A stretch of DNA of 64,000 nucleotides from the human T2T-CHM13v2.0 reference genome, Homo sapiens (GCA_009914755.4 CP086569.2:18464001-18528000), one strand, 5' to 3'; positions 10,141 to 23,955 are shown, counted from the stretch's first letter. Translations and numbers: made by a program. The notes: generated from the letters alone by a model not told the origin.

Positions 10141-12289
10141 GCTCACCTTTCGAATTACCAGCGAAGGCTTTCTCACCAAGTTTTTGTCACACTCTTTCCC
10201 CACCAGTTACCCCTTCCTGAAGATTCGCTCATGGACCCCTGGGGAAGATAGTGGTCTGCCTTATGACCAAAAGACTGGAAAATTTTGAGTGCTTTCTATC
10301 AGGGCCGTTGCCTGGCATGCATGCACTCACCCCCAAAGTCCCGCTGTTTATCCACCTTTCTCTCTGGGGCAAAAGGCCTCTCCGAGGCCGACACAACACG
10401 ATAGTACACAGAATCTTACCGCACTCGCTCCTGCGTCGTGGGCGCACTTGGCAGAGTGAAACAAGGAACTTGGCGCTCAACAGAGGAGGCAGCATCTCTT
10501 ATCGAGTGGGAGGGACCTGCCTCACTCATCCGCCTCGCCCCGCTCAACGACCTCTTCAGGATGCACTTGCAAACACCGTGGTGGCGGTTATACGAGAGGC
10601 CACTTGGGGTTGGCACAACCCGCCACCATTTTGTCTCGGGCAGTCTGGAGCACTCCTGGATCACCACAAAGGCCCTGGTCGTGTCAACCCTCTCGCATCC
10701 CAGAAAGGGCAGCATGATGTTTGGTAGGGACATGCCCCATGGCCCCGGAGAGGTGCAGTGTCCACCCGCAAGGCAACAACCACAGGAAGCCAGAGCAAAG
10801 GTGCCCGCTGTGTCAGAGGACCCCACCAATCTTCTTGAAGTCACGAGGCTCAAGGCGTGAGGGCAGCGAGGTCACCGCAAATTCCCTGCCCCATGCCTCC
10901 CAACACACTACCCGTGAGTGGGGAAGAGAGACAAGGGGCCCGACAAGCAGAAGAAGAAGAACTCTTCCATTAACTGTGTATTTCCATCCTTTGCTTCTCG
11001 TGGCTTACTCCCAGCCTGGGAGAGCGTAAAGTCACCACATCCATCGTGAAAAGCCCAATAATGGGCGGTGGTTGAGCTGGGGTCAGTCTTGAAGAAACTG
11101 ATGAGCATAACAGCCCAGCCAGGCTCACTCCGGGATAGGGACAGCAGACAATTTAAGGTGGAATGCCTGACATTCACAGCGAAGAGCCAACAGAGTGGGG
11201 TTGTTCTGACCACCCTGTGCCCGCAGCCGGGAGCACACTGGTCACGGGAGCCCGAGCTGCCTTCCCTGCCAGGGTCAAAGGCCCAGAAACCTGGGGCACC
11301 ACGGACAGTTATGACACTAGGATGCGTGAGAGCAGGCACACAGGTCCCAGCAATCAGCTAAAACTGGAACAGGGCCGGTTAGCTGGGTTACCAGTATACC
11401 AGAGCTTCACACGCATCTAGAGGCCCAATGTAATTGCCAGGCAGCGTGTCAGCAACAACCTGGTGGCCCAAAATGTCGACTCAGAGTGAAAGATATACCT
11501 TGCCTGGTGGAGGGGTGTCGAGTCAGTGACCACACCACCTGAGCAGAAACGCGTGACCTGGACATCTTTCCCAAAAAAAGGCCACCATGGCAGCCAGACA
11601 CGGAACACCCAGGGCCCTCTGGTTGACCCCAGGACACACACAGGAGCAGCACTGGGCCAGGGACAAACTCCTGGTTACCCGTACAATGCAGGGGCTGGCC
11701 CATTTTTCCAGAGCTAGACTGGGAGTTATTTTTGGCTGGCCCCTAGCATGACTGGATCACATGAGGGACCAAAGCCTGGCCAGGTGCCACCTCTTGGACC
11801 ACATGCATGCTCAGGGACCGCTCTCCAACTCTGCATGGGGACTTCAAAAAAAAGATCAGGGCAGAGGGACTAGGGCTTGGCAGGTGCATCAGACCTGCAC
11901 TGGCCTGCCACTGGGCCGGGAAGGGCATCCCCAGCCACCAGCGCCATGCCCAATACGTCCTTGTGGATCTCGGGCCAAGCCTCAGGAGTTGTGGCATGCT
12001 GTTCGACCAGCCAGGGCAGCCCCACACTGCCCTGGGGCACGGAAGCACCGCGACAGCCTCCCCCAGCAAAGCCCTGGACTGCCAGCTCTGACTCACAAGT
12101 GACGCGCCAGAGTCCCAGATGGCAGGGCAGCCCATGACTGGGAAACCCAAACCATGAGTCGAAGTCTTTTTGAGGCCGAAAACGCAGCCCCTCCTCCCCA
12201 ACTTCACAGAAACCGTTCTCCAAACGTGTCTCTGCATAGACTGCGACTGAGTCAAAAGACAACCCGTGGCGCATGAGAGTTTGAAGATG

Positions 12290-13200
<911 letters not shown>

Positions 13201-13324
13201 GAGGGCGGTGGGGGGTGGGGTGGGTGGGGGATCGGTGGCTATGATGCACTTTCCACTTTACCAATATGCTGGCTGGGGAAAGACAAATATTAAACATAAC
13301 TTAACGGTAAAAACTGACTATGGC

Positions 13325-13810
13325 GGCTTAGCCAAGGTACTTGAGTTTCCCTAAGGAGGGAGGGAGAGAGGAAGAGGAAAGCTGCCGGCATGAAGGAGAG
13401 AAACCGAGGTGAGGGGGAGGGGACAAAACAGGACGGGGAAGGGAAGGAGGCACAGTAGTTCACTCTGGAATGTTTTCTAGCCTGGGGTGGGTGGGGGGAC
13501 ACGGAGGGCAACTCAGGAAACAAGCTGATTCTGGAAAAGACACCGAATTCATAGTGTTGCCATCCCTGCTTTGAAAGGTGTGAAGTGCATGCTGCTTCCT
13601 CCACACTCATTCAGTTAATCCTGAGAAATGTCTTTTAGTCCCAAACGCCTGACATCTACCTGCTTTCACAACATCTGGGGAGAATCAGAAAAGTCCCCAC
13701 TAAAGAAAAGGCCTAGGGTGGAACTGCCGTCTGTAAAACCCAGGCAGAAGAGTCCACGCGGGTCAAACACACAAAGAATAGGAAGCAACTGATGAAGAAG
13801 ATCAACAATC
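13325..13810 (+). repeat. Low-copy LTR-like repeat, copy 2
   Basis: Related to 9880-10060 and 42600-42960 through the shared block ggaaacaag(c/t)tga(t/c)tctg(g/a)aaa..gtgttgccatccctgctttgaaaggtg(t/g)g..cttcctccacactcat.cag. Confidence 0.5.
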
Positions 13811-14226
13811 TGGCCCAGCCAGAATCTCCAGAGGTTTTCTAGGCAACGATGGAGGGGATGAACGGATGGAGGTAGGGCGGGCCTCTGAGGGTTGGGGTAG
13901 GACTGAGGGGAGCAGAGAGAAGACACACTCACCCCTTACCATGGGCGGGCGGCCACGGCATCCTGTGAGCCTCCTAGACTTCAAAAACGGTGACAGCTAG
14001 ATGACACGAGACGACAACGGATGGAAGTGTCAGCCCGGCGCCCTTTCAGGAGCTCCCAACAACTAATCCACCACAGCCCTTGCGGGGGAAGAAGCACCAT
14101 GGCTCGGGAAAACATGGAGAAACACATGTGCCTATGCACGTGCACACGCACACCATATCCCACAATATAGACACGTTTATACCGTGATAATGAGAGAGCC
14201 CATTTCTAGTGCAAAAGAAGCAGTCT

Positions 14227-14560
14227 GGGCTTGGCGGCCCAAGCCAGTAACCCCAGCACTTTGGGAGGCCAAGGCGGGAAGAACACCTGAGGTCAAGAGT
14301 TCCAAACCAGTCTGGTCAACATGGCAAAACCCCGTCTTTAAGAAAAACGCAAAAATTAGATGAGCATGGTGGTGGGCACCTGTAATCCCAGCTCCTCAGG
14401 AGGCTGAGGCAAGATACTCACTTGAACTCAGGAGGTGGAGGTTGCAGTGAGCTGAGATCTCACAACTGCACTCCAGCCTGGGCAACAGAGGAAGACTCCA
14501 TCGCAAAAAAAAAAAAAATAATAATAAATAATAAATAAATAAATAAATAAATTGATTCCA
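14227..14560 (+). mobile_element. Alu with poly-A followed by an (AAAT)n/(TAAA)n microsatellite
   Basis: gggcttggcggcccaagccagtaaccccagcactttgggaggccaaggcggg...gcctgggcaacagaggaagactccatcgc(a)n, then aataataaataataaataaataaataaa. Confidence 0.85.
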
Positions 14561-14775
14561 CCTTTAAATGTATGCACTGTTAAGATTACGCAGATAGCTT
14601 AGAAGGTATATAAGCTTTATACACATTTGTAATTTTGAGTCAATCTGGTGATATTATCAGGCCGTCTCCCTGTAAGTGGTCACAGAAATAAAAACTCCCT
14701 TTTTTTAGTTCATCTGTATGTCATTATCAGGTCGGGAGAATAAGCAGCCCCACCCTCAGTTTGGTCTGGGAACAA

Positions 14776-15030
14776 TTACACTCCAGCCTGGGTGACAGAG
14801 GGAGATTTTGTCTCAGAAAAGAAACAAGAAAACCATTTTTTAAAAAATCGAAGATAATTAGCGGGGCATTGTGCTGTGCTGTGGCTCATTCCCATGCCTG
14901 TAGGCCCAGCTACTCTGGAGGCTGAGGCAGAGGAATATTGCTTTGAGCCTAGCAGTTCAAGGTCACAGTAAGCTATGGTCCTACCACTGCATTCCAGCCT
15001 CGGCGACACAGGAAGGCCCCGTTTCTAAAA
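14776..15030 (+). mobile_element. Alu fragments (a 3'-end piece plus a right monomer)
   Basis: cactccagcctgggtgacagagggagattttgtctc ... ggctcattcccatgcctgtaggcccagctactctggaggctgaggcagaggaatattgctttgagcc... Confidence 0.6.
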
Positions 15031-16068
15031 AATACATGAATAAATGAATAGATGAATGTAAAAAAATGCAAGGAGGTGGCAGAGCACGGGAAGGCTTGAC
15101 TCATTCCTAAACACTAGAGCAGAAAAACAGGACCATCCATGTGAGACATAAGCTATTCCAAATCACAGTGGAATAAGCAAGTGGAAGAGCAAGGCCCTGC
15201 CATTATCTGCAGATAACCATTCTTTCTATCCAGCTAGCCTCTGGCTATTAGTAGAAACCAAATGCCCAACCATGGGGCCACGAAGTTACCATGTGAGCTG
15301 AGCCGCTCATCACACACTGGGCGTAAGTGGGTGTGCACAGCAGCACTCCAGCATGACACAGAAATGCTGTGGACCTGATTGGGTCCGAACAGATCCTGAA
15401 GCACAAGTAAGTTCCATGAGAAAGTGGCCCAAATGCCCATGATGCCTAGTCAAGAAATGAGCCGAGTTAAGAAATTACACATAGCCGGGCGCAGTGGCTC
15501 ATGCCTGTAATCTTATCACTTTGTGTTGGGGAAACCAGCCCTACACCAGCCAGCAGGTACCACGAGTCCAGCAGAGACAAAGGAGTTGTAAAGAGAAAAA
15601 AATAAATGTTTAAAAGGCGGGTCCAGGGGACCGGAGCATCTGAGGCTTGTTCACAGCCCAGAGCTCTCGAGCTCTGCTGAATTTGTTGGTTTACAAGCTC
15701 TTTGTTCTTAGGGCAGATGGGAGGGGTAGAAAGGGATAAGGTAGAGGATTAATCAGTGTCACTCAATAAGATGTGTAGCAGCAGTTTTTTGTGAATTTCC
15801 TTGAGCAAAGGCGTGTGTCTAAACTACTCAAGATCTTTAACTTATCAGGACTGAAATGGGTGTGAGTGGGTTTCAGGAGGAGCCAACACGTTTGGTTATA
15901 CTCCACTGCTTCAAAGGAGGTATCTCCCTTGCCAACCTGTGGAATGCCTCTGAGCTGTTATGCTTTCAGGGCATAAAGACATGAAGGCAATAAGGAGATA
16001 TTTCTCCTCAGAGGCCACCCATGGCTCCACATGGATGTCTCATACAGGGGAGACCAACCCATCTGGCA

Positions 16069-16351
<283 letters not shown>

Positions 16352-16587
16352 TTAATTTAATTAAAAAAAGAAAGTACACGTAAAATTATACATAGCTGGG
16401 TGCAGTGGCTCACACCTGTAATCTCAGCAATTAGGGAGCCTGAGACAGGTGGATCAGTTTGTAGCATCATTGCTGCCTTGAAAGGACAGAGAAGTATGTT
16501 TATGTCACTGTTGGTTTTATTTTTTTTTCCTTTTTTACCGGAAACACTTACTTTTTATATTATTATTATTATTATCATTATTATTAT

Positions 16588-17180
<593 letters not shown>

Positions 17181-17984
17181 ATGTATATTCATTTTTTTAA
17201 CTGATCAAAGAACAATCAGAACCACTCATCAGGGTGGCAATTCCCTTGGCAACAAGGGAGGGAGAAACTTGGAGGTGGGGGTGGGGGCAGTGGAGAAGAC
17301 ACAGCTGCCTTGGGCTGTGCCCAGGTGCCATGAGCTTTCTTCCTCCTTGAGGCCTCGGTTTTCAGAGTAACAATGGCTGCTAGGTGATGCCCATTAGGTG
17401 AATAGGGTGGCATATGCCAATGAGAGTGTCAGCCCGCAATGAATTGGCATCACCCGGAGTGGGGAAAGGAGGGGAAGGATGGAAGTCCCCACAGTACACT
17501 GGGTCACAGCACCCTCGCAGGCAGTCCCCATAACTAATCAACCAGGGCCCCTGGGGGGGGGACACAGCCTAAGTCCCCACCCATCAGATCATCTGGAACT
17601 TCCATCCAAATACCGACTGGAAATTCTCTCAGTCAAGCTCCAAACCTAAAAGAATCACTGCCACACCCACCAGGACTAACACAACTTTTAAAAGAATCAT
17701 TTCTGTGTTTTAGGTGCATCCGTGTATTTCTGTACAACAAAATTATTTATTTTAAATGTTACTAGTTTTTTGCTTCTTACGTGTACAGTCTCATGATAGA
17801 TAGACAAGGGGACTCTTCAGTCCAGAGTCCATGAGGCCAGAAGCTGACATCCTCAGTTCTTATTCAGAATGAATTTAAACAAGCCAGCCAAGCGCCCTGC
17901 CATGAAACTCCTGGAAAGACAAGCGATTAAGAAAAGAAAAGAAAAACAAAGTAAAAAACAAACAAACAAACAAAAAACAATGCC

Positions 17985-18125
17985 GTCAGGAGCAGTAGCT
18001 CATGCCTTTAATCCCCGCACTTTGGGAGCCTGAGAGCGGGTGGATTCCTTGATTCCAGGCAATCAAGACCAGCCTTGGCAACATGGTGAAACCTCATCTC
18101 TTCAAAAATACAAAAATTAGCTGGC
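17985..18125 (+). mobile_element. Alu left-arm fragment
   Basis: gtcaggagcagtagctcatgcctttaatccccgcactttgggagcctgagagcgggtgga... Confidence 0.6.
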
Positions 18126-18261
18126 TTCATAATTTGGACTCAAAATTAATAAATAAATAGTTTGAAATTTAAAATGTAAAAATATCTTAATTGCTGTATT
18201 CTGTTATTTTTGCATCCTATCGTGAGAAGGACATAATATAGGTATTATCTGTCTCTCTGTT

Positions 18262-18515
18262 TGCAACAGGGTCTCGCTCTGTCTGTAGCCCAGGATGGAG
18301 TGCAGTGACATCATCATGGCTCACTGCAGCCTCAACCACCCCAGGGTCAGGTGATTCTCCCACTTCAGCCTCCTGAGTAGCTAAGACCCCAGGCATGCAC
18401 CTCAGGTTTTGGCTGTGTTGTCCAAGGCTTGTCTCGAGCTCCCAGGCTCAAGAGATCCTGCCGCCTTGGCCTCCCAAAGTGTTGGGGTTTCAGGCTTGAG
18501 TCGCCGCACCCAGCC
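18262..18515 (-). mobile_element. Old, diverged Alu (AluJ-like) on the minus strand
   Basis: gggtctcgctctgtctgtagcccaggatggagtgcagtgacatcatcatggctcactgcagcctc...ctcccaaagtgttggggtttcaggcttgagtcgccgcacccagcc. Confidence 0.7.
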
Positions 18516-19090
18516 TGACTTAATACATCTGGTCTCACTACGTCCTGACTACATGCCCTTGAAGAACTCAAGAGAGTTAGCAAGAGACTTTCAGCATTCT
18601 CTCCATAAACCAGTGAGGTGGATGGCGGCTGAGTGTCCTGGGCTCCTGTGGTTTTAGGTGGCCATGCGTAGAGGATAGATTTCAAATGTTTCCAGAGAGG
18701 TGGGAGCCACAGTCATTCGGGGCATCCAAGCTTGGGATACAGTTTCTGACAGCATCTTAAGGGCCAGGAAGGGCCAGGATCTGCCAAGGCTGGTGTTCCA
18801 CGGTGGGGACAATGGAACCCAAGGTAGAGGGAGCCATCCATCCACACTGAGCTCCAGCCCTAGACCCCACCATGCAGATTAAGTCAGAAGGAACAGTCCT
18901 TCCTCCTACACGCCACATCCCTCCACTCAACTTGGGAGCAGATCTGTTTTCCAAACATGAGGTGACTCTCTGTTTGAAATGAATCACAAGGGGCCCAGCT
19001 TTCTTGAGTCGGCAGGATAAAGAAGTCATTCTGTGACATAGAATGAGATATGCCTCGAATCTAGACTCTCCAGTTAAAACCAATGATGGT

Positions 19091-19357
19091 GGCCAGGTGC
19101 AGTGCCTCATGACTGTCATCCCAGCACTTCGGGAGGTCAAGGCTGGCAGATCACGAAGTCAGGATTGTGAGATCAGCCTGGCCAATATGGTGAAATCCTG
19201 TATTTACTAAAAAAACAAAGGTTAGCTGGATAGGGTAGCACGCACCTGTAATTTCTGCTACTCGGGGGGCTGAGGCAGGAGAATCGCTGGAAGCAAGGAG
19301 GTGGAGATTGCAGCCAGCCGAGACCATGCCACCGCCTTGGCGACAGAAGGAGACACC
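19091..19357 (+). mobile_element. Alu
   Basis: ggccaggtgcagtgcctcatgactgtcatcccagcacttcgggaggtcaaggctggcagatcacgaagtcagga... Confidence 0.85.
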
Positions 19358-19627
19358 ATTTACCTAGAGGGATAAAAGAACAACAGGGTCCGCACCAGGA
19401 TGGAAGTTCCCTAGGCAGTGAGGGAGAGAGGGAGGGGCCTCCAGAAGGGAAGGAGAGAAAGCAGTTGCCCCAGGCTCTGTGAAGTGGCCAGGCGGCCCTC
19501 AGTGCCACCTTTAAATAACAGTGGCCACTTTCAATAACAGTGGCCTTTCAATAACAGTGGTCACTAGGTGATGACCTACTTTTAAAAAAAGCAAAACAAA
19601 ACATTTATTTTGAAAAATTGCAATTTA

Positions 19628-19890
19628 GGCTGGGCGCGGTGACTCACACCTGTTATCCCAGCACTTTGGGAGACTGAGGCAGGCAGATCCCTGAAGGTCA
19701 GCCTGGGCAACATGGTGAAACCCTGTCTCTACTAAAAAAACAAAAGTTAGGTGAGCAGGGTGGCATACACCTGTAATCCCAGCTACTCAGGAGGCTGTGG
19801 CAGGAGAATTGCTGGAACCAGGGAGGTGGAGATTGCAGCCAGCCAAAAAAACCCCACAGCCTGGGCTACAGAACAAGACTCTATTTAAAA
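19628..19890 (+). mobile_element. Alu
   Basis: ggctgggcgcggtgactcacacctgttatcccagcactttgggagactgaggcaggcagatccctgaaggtc... Confidence 0.85.
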
Positions 19891-20329
19891 TAAATTAGTA
19901 AATAAATAAGTGAACGAATATATGTAAAAAGAAAAATGCAAGGAAATGGCGGAACTCGGGAAGGCTCCCCTCATTCCTAAAGACCAGAGCAGAAAAACAG
20001 GACCATCAAGTTCAGACACAGGCCATTTTGAATCTGTTGTCACCATGCTCAATTGGTGCCAAAGAAGGGTAGGCTTCTGTGCCACCCATCTGTCATCACC
20101 ACCCTTGTCAAATATAATTGCAGGGTCACGACTGCACAGAGATCTCTCAACCCACTGAATGCATCCGTATTTTTATGAGCCCCGTTGGGAGAATAAACAG
20201 GATATTTAGAAAAGTACTCATCGTGCGTTATTTGGTCTCCCATGTCTCTTGTGAAACCAAACAAATTTATGGGCCATTTTTTTTTCTTTCCAGCACTTGA
20301 CCATCCATACAGTACCTAAATAAAAGAAG

Positions 20330-20700
20330 AATGAATGCATTTTATGAAACAAGGAGAAAAACAACGAAGCGAAAGTCTCAGAGGCTTGTGATACACAGGG
20401 GTATACAGAATGAGGAGACTTCCAGAATCCAAACAAAGACAGACGGAGGGATGGGAGGAAACGAATTGAGAAAAGAGACACACAAAAAGATGAAGAAAAA
20501 TAAATGCAAAGAAAAAGAGACAGAGATGTAAAGGGAAGAAAGATAAAGAAAATAGAAAGACAGAGAAACAGAAAAAGAGAATAAGAAATGACAGAAAGAA
20601 GGGAGGAAGAAAAAGAGAGAGAAGAAAGAGAAAGAAAAGAAAGAAAATGAAAGAAAGAAAGAGGAAGAAAAAAGAAAAATAAAGGAAATAAAAAAGAGAG
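20330..20700. repeat. Purine-rich low-complexity tract; paralog of 12330-12545
   Basis: aaagaaagaaaatgaaagaaagaaagaggaagaaaaaagaaaaataaaggaaataaaaaagagag. See feature 12290-12545 for the alignment. Confidence 0.6.
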
Positions 20701-20704
20701 AAGT

Positions 20705-20890
20705 GCATCAAGGTTTACACCTGTAATCCCAACACTTTGGGAGTTTGACATGGAAGAATTGTTTGAACCCACCATTTTGAGACCAGCCCTGACAATACAG
20801 TGAGACCATGCCTCTACTTAAATAAAATAAAATAAAATAAAATAAAATAAAATAAAATAAAATAAAATAAAATAAAATAAAATATAATAA
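20705..20890 (+). mobile_element. Degenerate Alu fragment followed by (AAAAT)n at 20815-20880
   Basis: gtttacacctgtaatcccaacactttgggagtttgac...ccagccctgacaatacagtgagaccatgcctctacttaaataaaataaaataaaat... Confidence 0.6.
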
Positions 20891-20894
20891 TGTT

Positions 20895-21260
20895 AGCCGG
20901 GCATGATGGCAGGCGCCTGTACTTTCAGCTCCTTTGGAGCCTGAGGTGGGAGCATCCCTTGGGCTCGGGAGGTGGAGGCTGCGTTGGGCCTTGGTCAGGT
21001 AATGCACTGCAGCGTGTTGTCCAGGCTGGTCTTGAACTCCTGAACTCTAGCCAACTGCCTGCCTCAGCCTCCGAAATTGCACCTGCCATATTCAACGGCC
21101 CTGGGGGTATCAGTGACAGACTTTAGTAAGCATGGTTGTTATGCCATATTGCCCAGGTTGGTCTTGAACTTGAACCCGGGAATTTGAGGCTACGGTGAGC
21201 CAAGGTCATGCCACTGTACTGCAGTCTGGGTGATAAAGCAAGACCCCATCTCTAAATATC
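20895..21260. mobile_element. Cluster of Alu fragments in both orientations
   Basis: gttagccgggcatgatggcaggcgcctgtactttcagctcc.. (plus strand), gcagcgtgttgtccaggctggtcttgaactcctgaactc (minus strand), and ccactgtactgcagtctgggtgataaagcaagaccccatctc (plus strand). Confidence 0.55.
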
Positions 21261-21429
21261 TAATTAATAAAAACAATAACAATAATATAAACAATAATAC
21301 AAATAAATAACAAACAACAGCAATAATAATAAACAAACTAGTGAGAGTGAAAAATATAAAAATAAAAAAGGTAATTTAGATCACAATTAATTGCAGTAAT
21401 TTCAAGGAGTTATTTCTTTAACCTGTCTC

Positions 21430-21625
21430 TCTTACTTTCTGAAACAGGGTCTTTCTCTGTCACTCAGGCTGGAGGGCAATGGCGTGATCATGGCTCACTG
21501 CAGCTTCGACATCCCAGAATCAAGCTATTCCTGCAATCTCAGCCACTTGGAAGGCTGAGATGGCAAGAACACCTGCGGGAGCCCAGGAAGGTTGAGGCTG
21601 TGATGAGCCGAGAATGCAATCTCAC
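21430..21625. mobile_element. Alu fragments (minus-strand left part followed by plus-strand right part)
   Basis: ctgaaacagggtctttctctgtcactcaggctggagggcaatggcgtgatcatggctcactgcagc.. and gaggctgtgatgagccgagaatgcaatctcacactcc. Confidence 0.5.
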
Positions 21626-21879
21626 ACTCCAACTTTTCAAAAAAAAGAAAAGAAGAATTAGAAGGAGAAGAAGTAAACATAAAACAACAGCAACTTCAGT
21701 GTGTAGAAAGGGGAGTAAGAAAAGTAAAAGGAAAAAGAAAAACAAAATGAAGAGCAGCTGAAAATACTGTGGAAACAGTTGGAGAGGAAGAAATGACGTG
21801 GTGAAAGAGCAGCCTCTAGTGGATGCAGGTGGTAGTGCTGCTGACCAGAGTTACCCGTTCTACCTTAACAATCCCAAGT

Positions 21880-22560
21880 TGACGGTCAAGTCCAGCGCTC
21901 GCCGATGACATCTTATGGACCCAGGGCTCGCGGAAGGACCCAGTTGGAACTTTATCACACCAAGCCGGCCCACCTTTGCTGCCATCTAACTCCGCCGACC
22001 TGCCCGCAGTTCCCCACTCTCCGCTGGTTGACCGGGGCAGCGGAGAGAGGAGGAAAGCACAAAGGCAGTGACTGGTTCATATCCCATCGCCGCGCGCCTG
22101 GGGTGGGGAGAGGGGCCGTGACCCCATCGGCCACCACTGGGCACGCGTGAACACTACTCGGACAGGAACCGCAGGGGCACACCCTCGGACAACCACTCCT
22201 GAGTCATTCTCACCAGGCTCGGTGAATCCAATCTCAGCCCCTGGAGGAGTTCCCAGCGGGGTGCGAGGAGGAGGTGGAATCGGAGAGGTGGAAGGAGGAG
22301 CAGGGGAGCCACCTCTACCTCAGCAACCCCTGGCGCGGCACCTTGGAAAGCCCGAGGGTGGGGACGTGAGCCTCCCAATGCACAGCGGGCGCCGATGAGC
22401 TCTCGCGAGAGACACCCACTGCGTGATCCGGGGCTCAGGGGTGGGTGGGCATGAGCGGGCCAGGGAAGAGGTTCTCGGGAACAGGAGAAAGGAAGGAAGG
22501 TATATGTCAAGGGCTGAATTACACAGGACACACCACATCACACACCACATCACCAGGTCC
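21880..22560 (-). other. CpG-rich segment probably derived from the rDNA 3' ETS and terminator region, contiguous with the 28S fragment
   Basis: It sits immediately 3' of the minus-strand 28S 3' end. The reverse complement of ..gcacccgtgtgcggaggacc.. resembles the start of the 3' ETS (CGCGCGCGTGCGTGCGGGGGGCCC). A degenerate Sal-box-like motif ctccgctggttgaccgggg lies at ~22025, about 525 nt past the 28S end, and many CpGs are retained. Confidence 0.4.
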
Positions 22561-23195
22561 TCCGCACACGGGTGCAGAGAGCCTTGTGTGGAGGTCTGAC
22601 TTTCAATAGATAGCAGCGAGGGAGCTGCTCTGCTCCATGGAAAACCCTGACCCAGAAGCAGGACGTCTGCGAATAGTTTAGCATCAGGTTCCCCACAAAC
22701 ACGTTATGTGATGGGTCAGGGGGTGACCGCCTTTCTGGCAGCAGCCCGTTTCCCAGGATGGGGGTTTCTCTGCACCGGATCCCGGTTTCCGGAGCACGGC
22801 AGGACATGCGCCCAGCGCGGGGCGGAGCGGCACACCGGAGGGGACTGCAGAAGACTGCCTACCCGAGGCCAACAAAGGTTCCGTGGCGCTGCCTTATCAT
22901 TCCTCATGGGCGGGATTCTTAGAGTCCTTCAGTCCTAATCCCGCTTATAGTAGCTTTACCCCATTGGCTCCTCAGACAAGGACATACACCAAATGTCTGA
23001 ACCTGTGATTTCTCTACTAATGAGCAGGATTACCATGGGAACAACACATGGGCAACAACACATGGGGAACACACGCAGTAAAACTAACCTGTCTCACATG
23101 GGTCTAACCATAATGCTTTCCAGGGCATGCGCACCGCTCTCAGGTGAATCCATTCCAGTCTGCCTTGTCCTTCGCAAAGAAAAGAGAGCTCTGCA
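22560..23195 (-). pseudogene. 28S rRNA 3'-terminal fragment (rDNA-derived pseudogene) with an internal deletion; truncated by an Alu at 23196
   Basis: ggtctgactttcaatagatagcagcgagggagctgctctgctccatggaaaaccctgacccagaagcaggacgtctgcgaatagtttagcatcaggttccccacaaacacg... is the reverse complement of the final ~300 nt of human 28S (..GGGGAACCTGGCGCTAAACCATTCGTAGACGACCTGCTTCTGGGTCGGGGTTTCGTACGTAGCAGAGCAGCTCCCTCGCTGCGATCTATTGAAAGTCAGCCC). The segment 22890-23100 matches the reverse complement of ..GGCGGGATTCTGACTTAGAGGCGTTCAGTCATAATCCCACAGATGGTAGCTTCGCCCCATTGGCTCCTCAGCCAAGCACATACACCAAATGTCTGAACCTGCGGTTCC..GAGCAGGATTACCATGGCAACAACACAT... It then jumps to the reverse complement of ..CCCTTCACAAAGAAAAGAGAACTCTCCCCGGGG. 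Heavy CpG-to-TpG/CpA decay is visible. Confidence 0.85.
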
Positions 23196-23440
23196 GGGGC
23201 GGTGGCTCATGCCTGTAATCCCAGCAATTTGGGAGGTTGAGGAGGGCCGATCATCTGAGATCAGGAGTTCAAGATCAGCTTGGCCAACATAGTGAAACCC
23301 TGTCTCTATAAAAATACAAAAATTAGCCGGGCATGATGGCGGGTGCCTGTAATCCCAGCTACCCAGGAGGCTGAAGTGGGAGAATCGCTTGAACCCGGGG
23401 AGGCGGATGCCTCCCGCTTGAACCCGGCAGGCGCACATGC
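23196..23440 (+). mobile_element. Alu (5' end slightly truncated, 3' end rearranged)
   Basis: cggtggctcatgcctgtaatcccagcaatttgggaggttgaggagggccgatcatctgagatcaggagttcaagatcagc... Confidence 0.8.
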
Positions 23441-23590
23441 CACCATGCTGGGCTAATTTTTGTATTTTTAGTAGAAACAGGGTTTCACCATGTTGGCCAG
23501 GCTGGTTTTGAACTCCTGACCTCAAGCAATCTGCCTGCGTTAGCCTCCCAAAGTGTTGGGATTACAGGCGTGAGCCACCGCACCCAGCGT
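23440..23590 (-). mobile_element. Alu fragment on the minus strand
   Basis: ctgggctaatttttgtatttttagtagaaacagggtttcaccatgttggccaggctggttttgaactcctgacctcaagc...ggattacaggcgtgagccaccgcacccagc. Confidence 0.8.
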
Positions 23591-23654
23591 ATGTGTATAG
23601 AGCTCCTCGAGAGGAAAGCCTCTATTATTACCATTGCAACAGTAGAAAAAGTAA

Positions 23655-23955
23655 AGCTTTTTTTTTTTCTTTTGAGTAAGAGTTTCACTCTTGTTGCCCA
23701 GAATGCAGTGCAATGGCCTGATCTCAGCTTACTGAAACCTCTGCCTCCCAGGTTCAAGCTATTCTCCGGCGTTGGCCTCTCAGGAAGGTGGGATTACAGG
23801 CATGTGCCACCACACCTGGCTAATTTTGTATTTTTAGGAGAGACAGAGTTTCACCATGTTGGTCAGGCTATTCTCGAACTCCTGACCTCAGGTGATACAC
23901 CTGCCTCGGTCTCCCAAAATGCTGGGATCACAGGCATGAGCCACTGTGTCTAGCT
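23655..23955 (-). mobile_element. Alu on the minus strand
   Basis: A T-run followed by gagtaagagtttcactcttgttgcccagaatgcagtgcaatgg...gctgggatcacaggcatgagccactgtgtctagc. Confidence 0.85.

Noticed and set aside
21880-22560. Treating the CpG-rich block as a bona fide promoter CpG island of a gene
   Set aside because: No downstream exon or ORF structure supports a gene. CpG retention may simply reflect the GC-rich rDNA ETS origin and a relatively recent transposition. The block is kept as a finding to test and is not annotated as a promoter.
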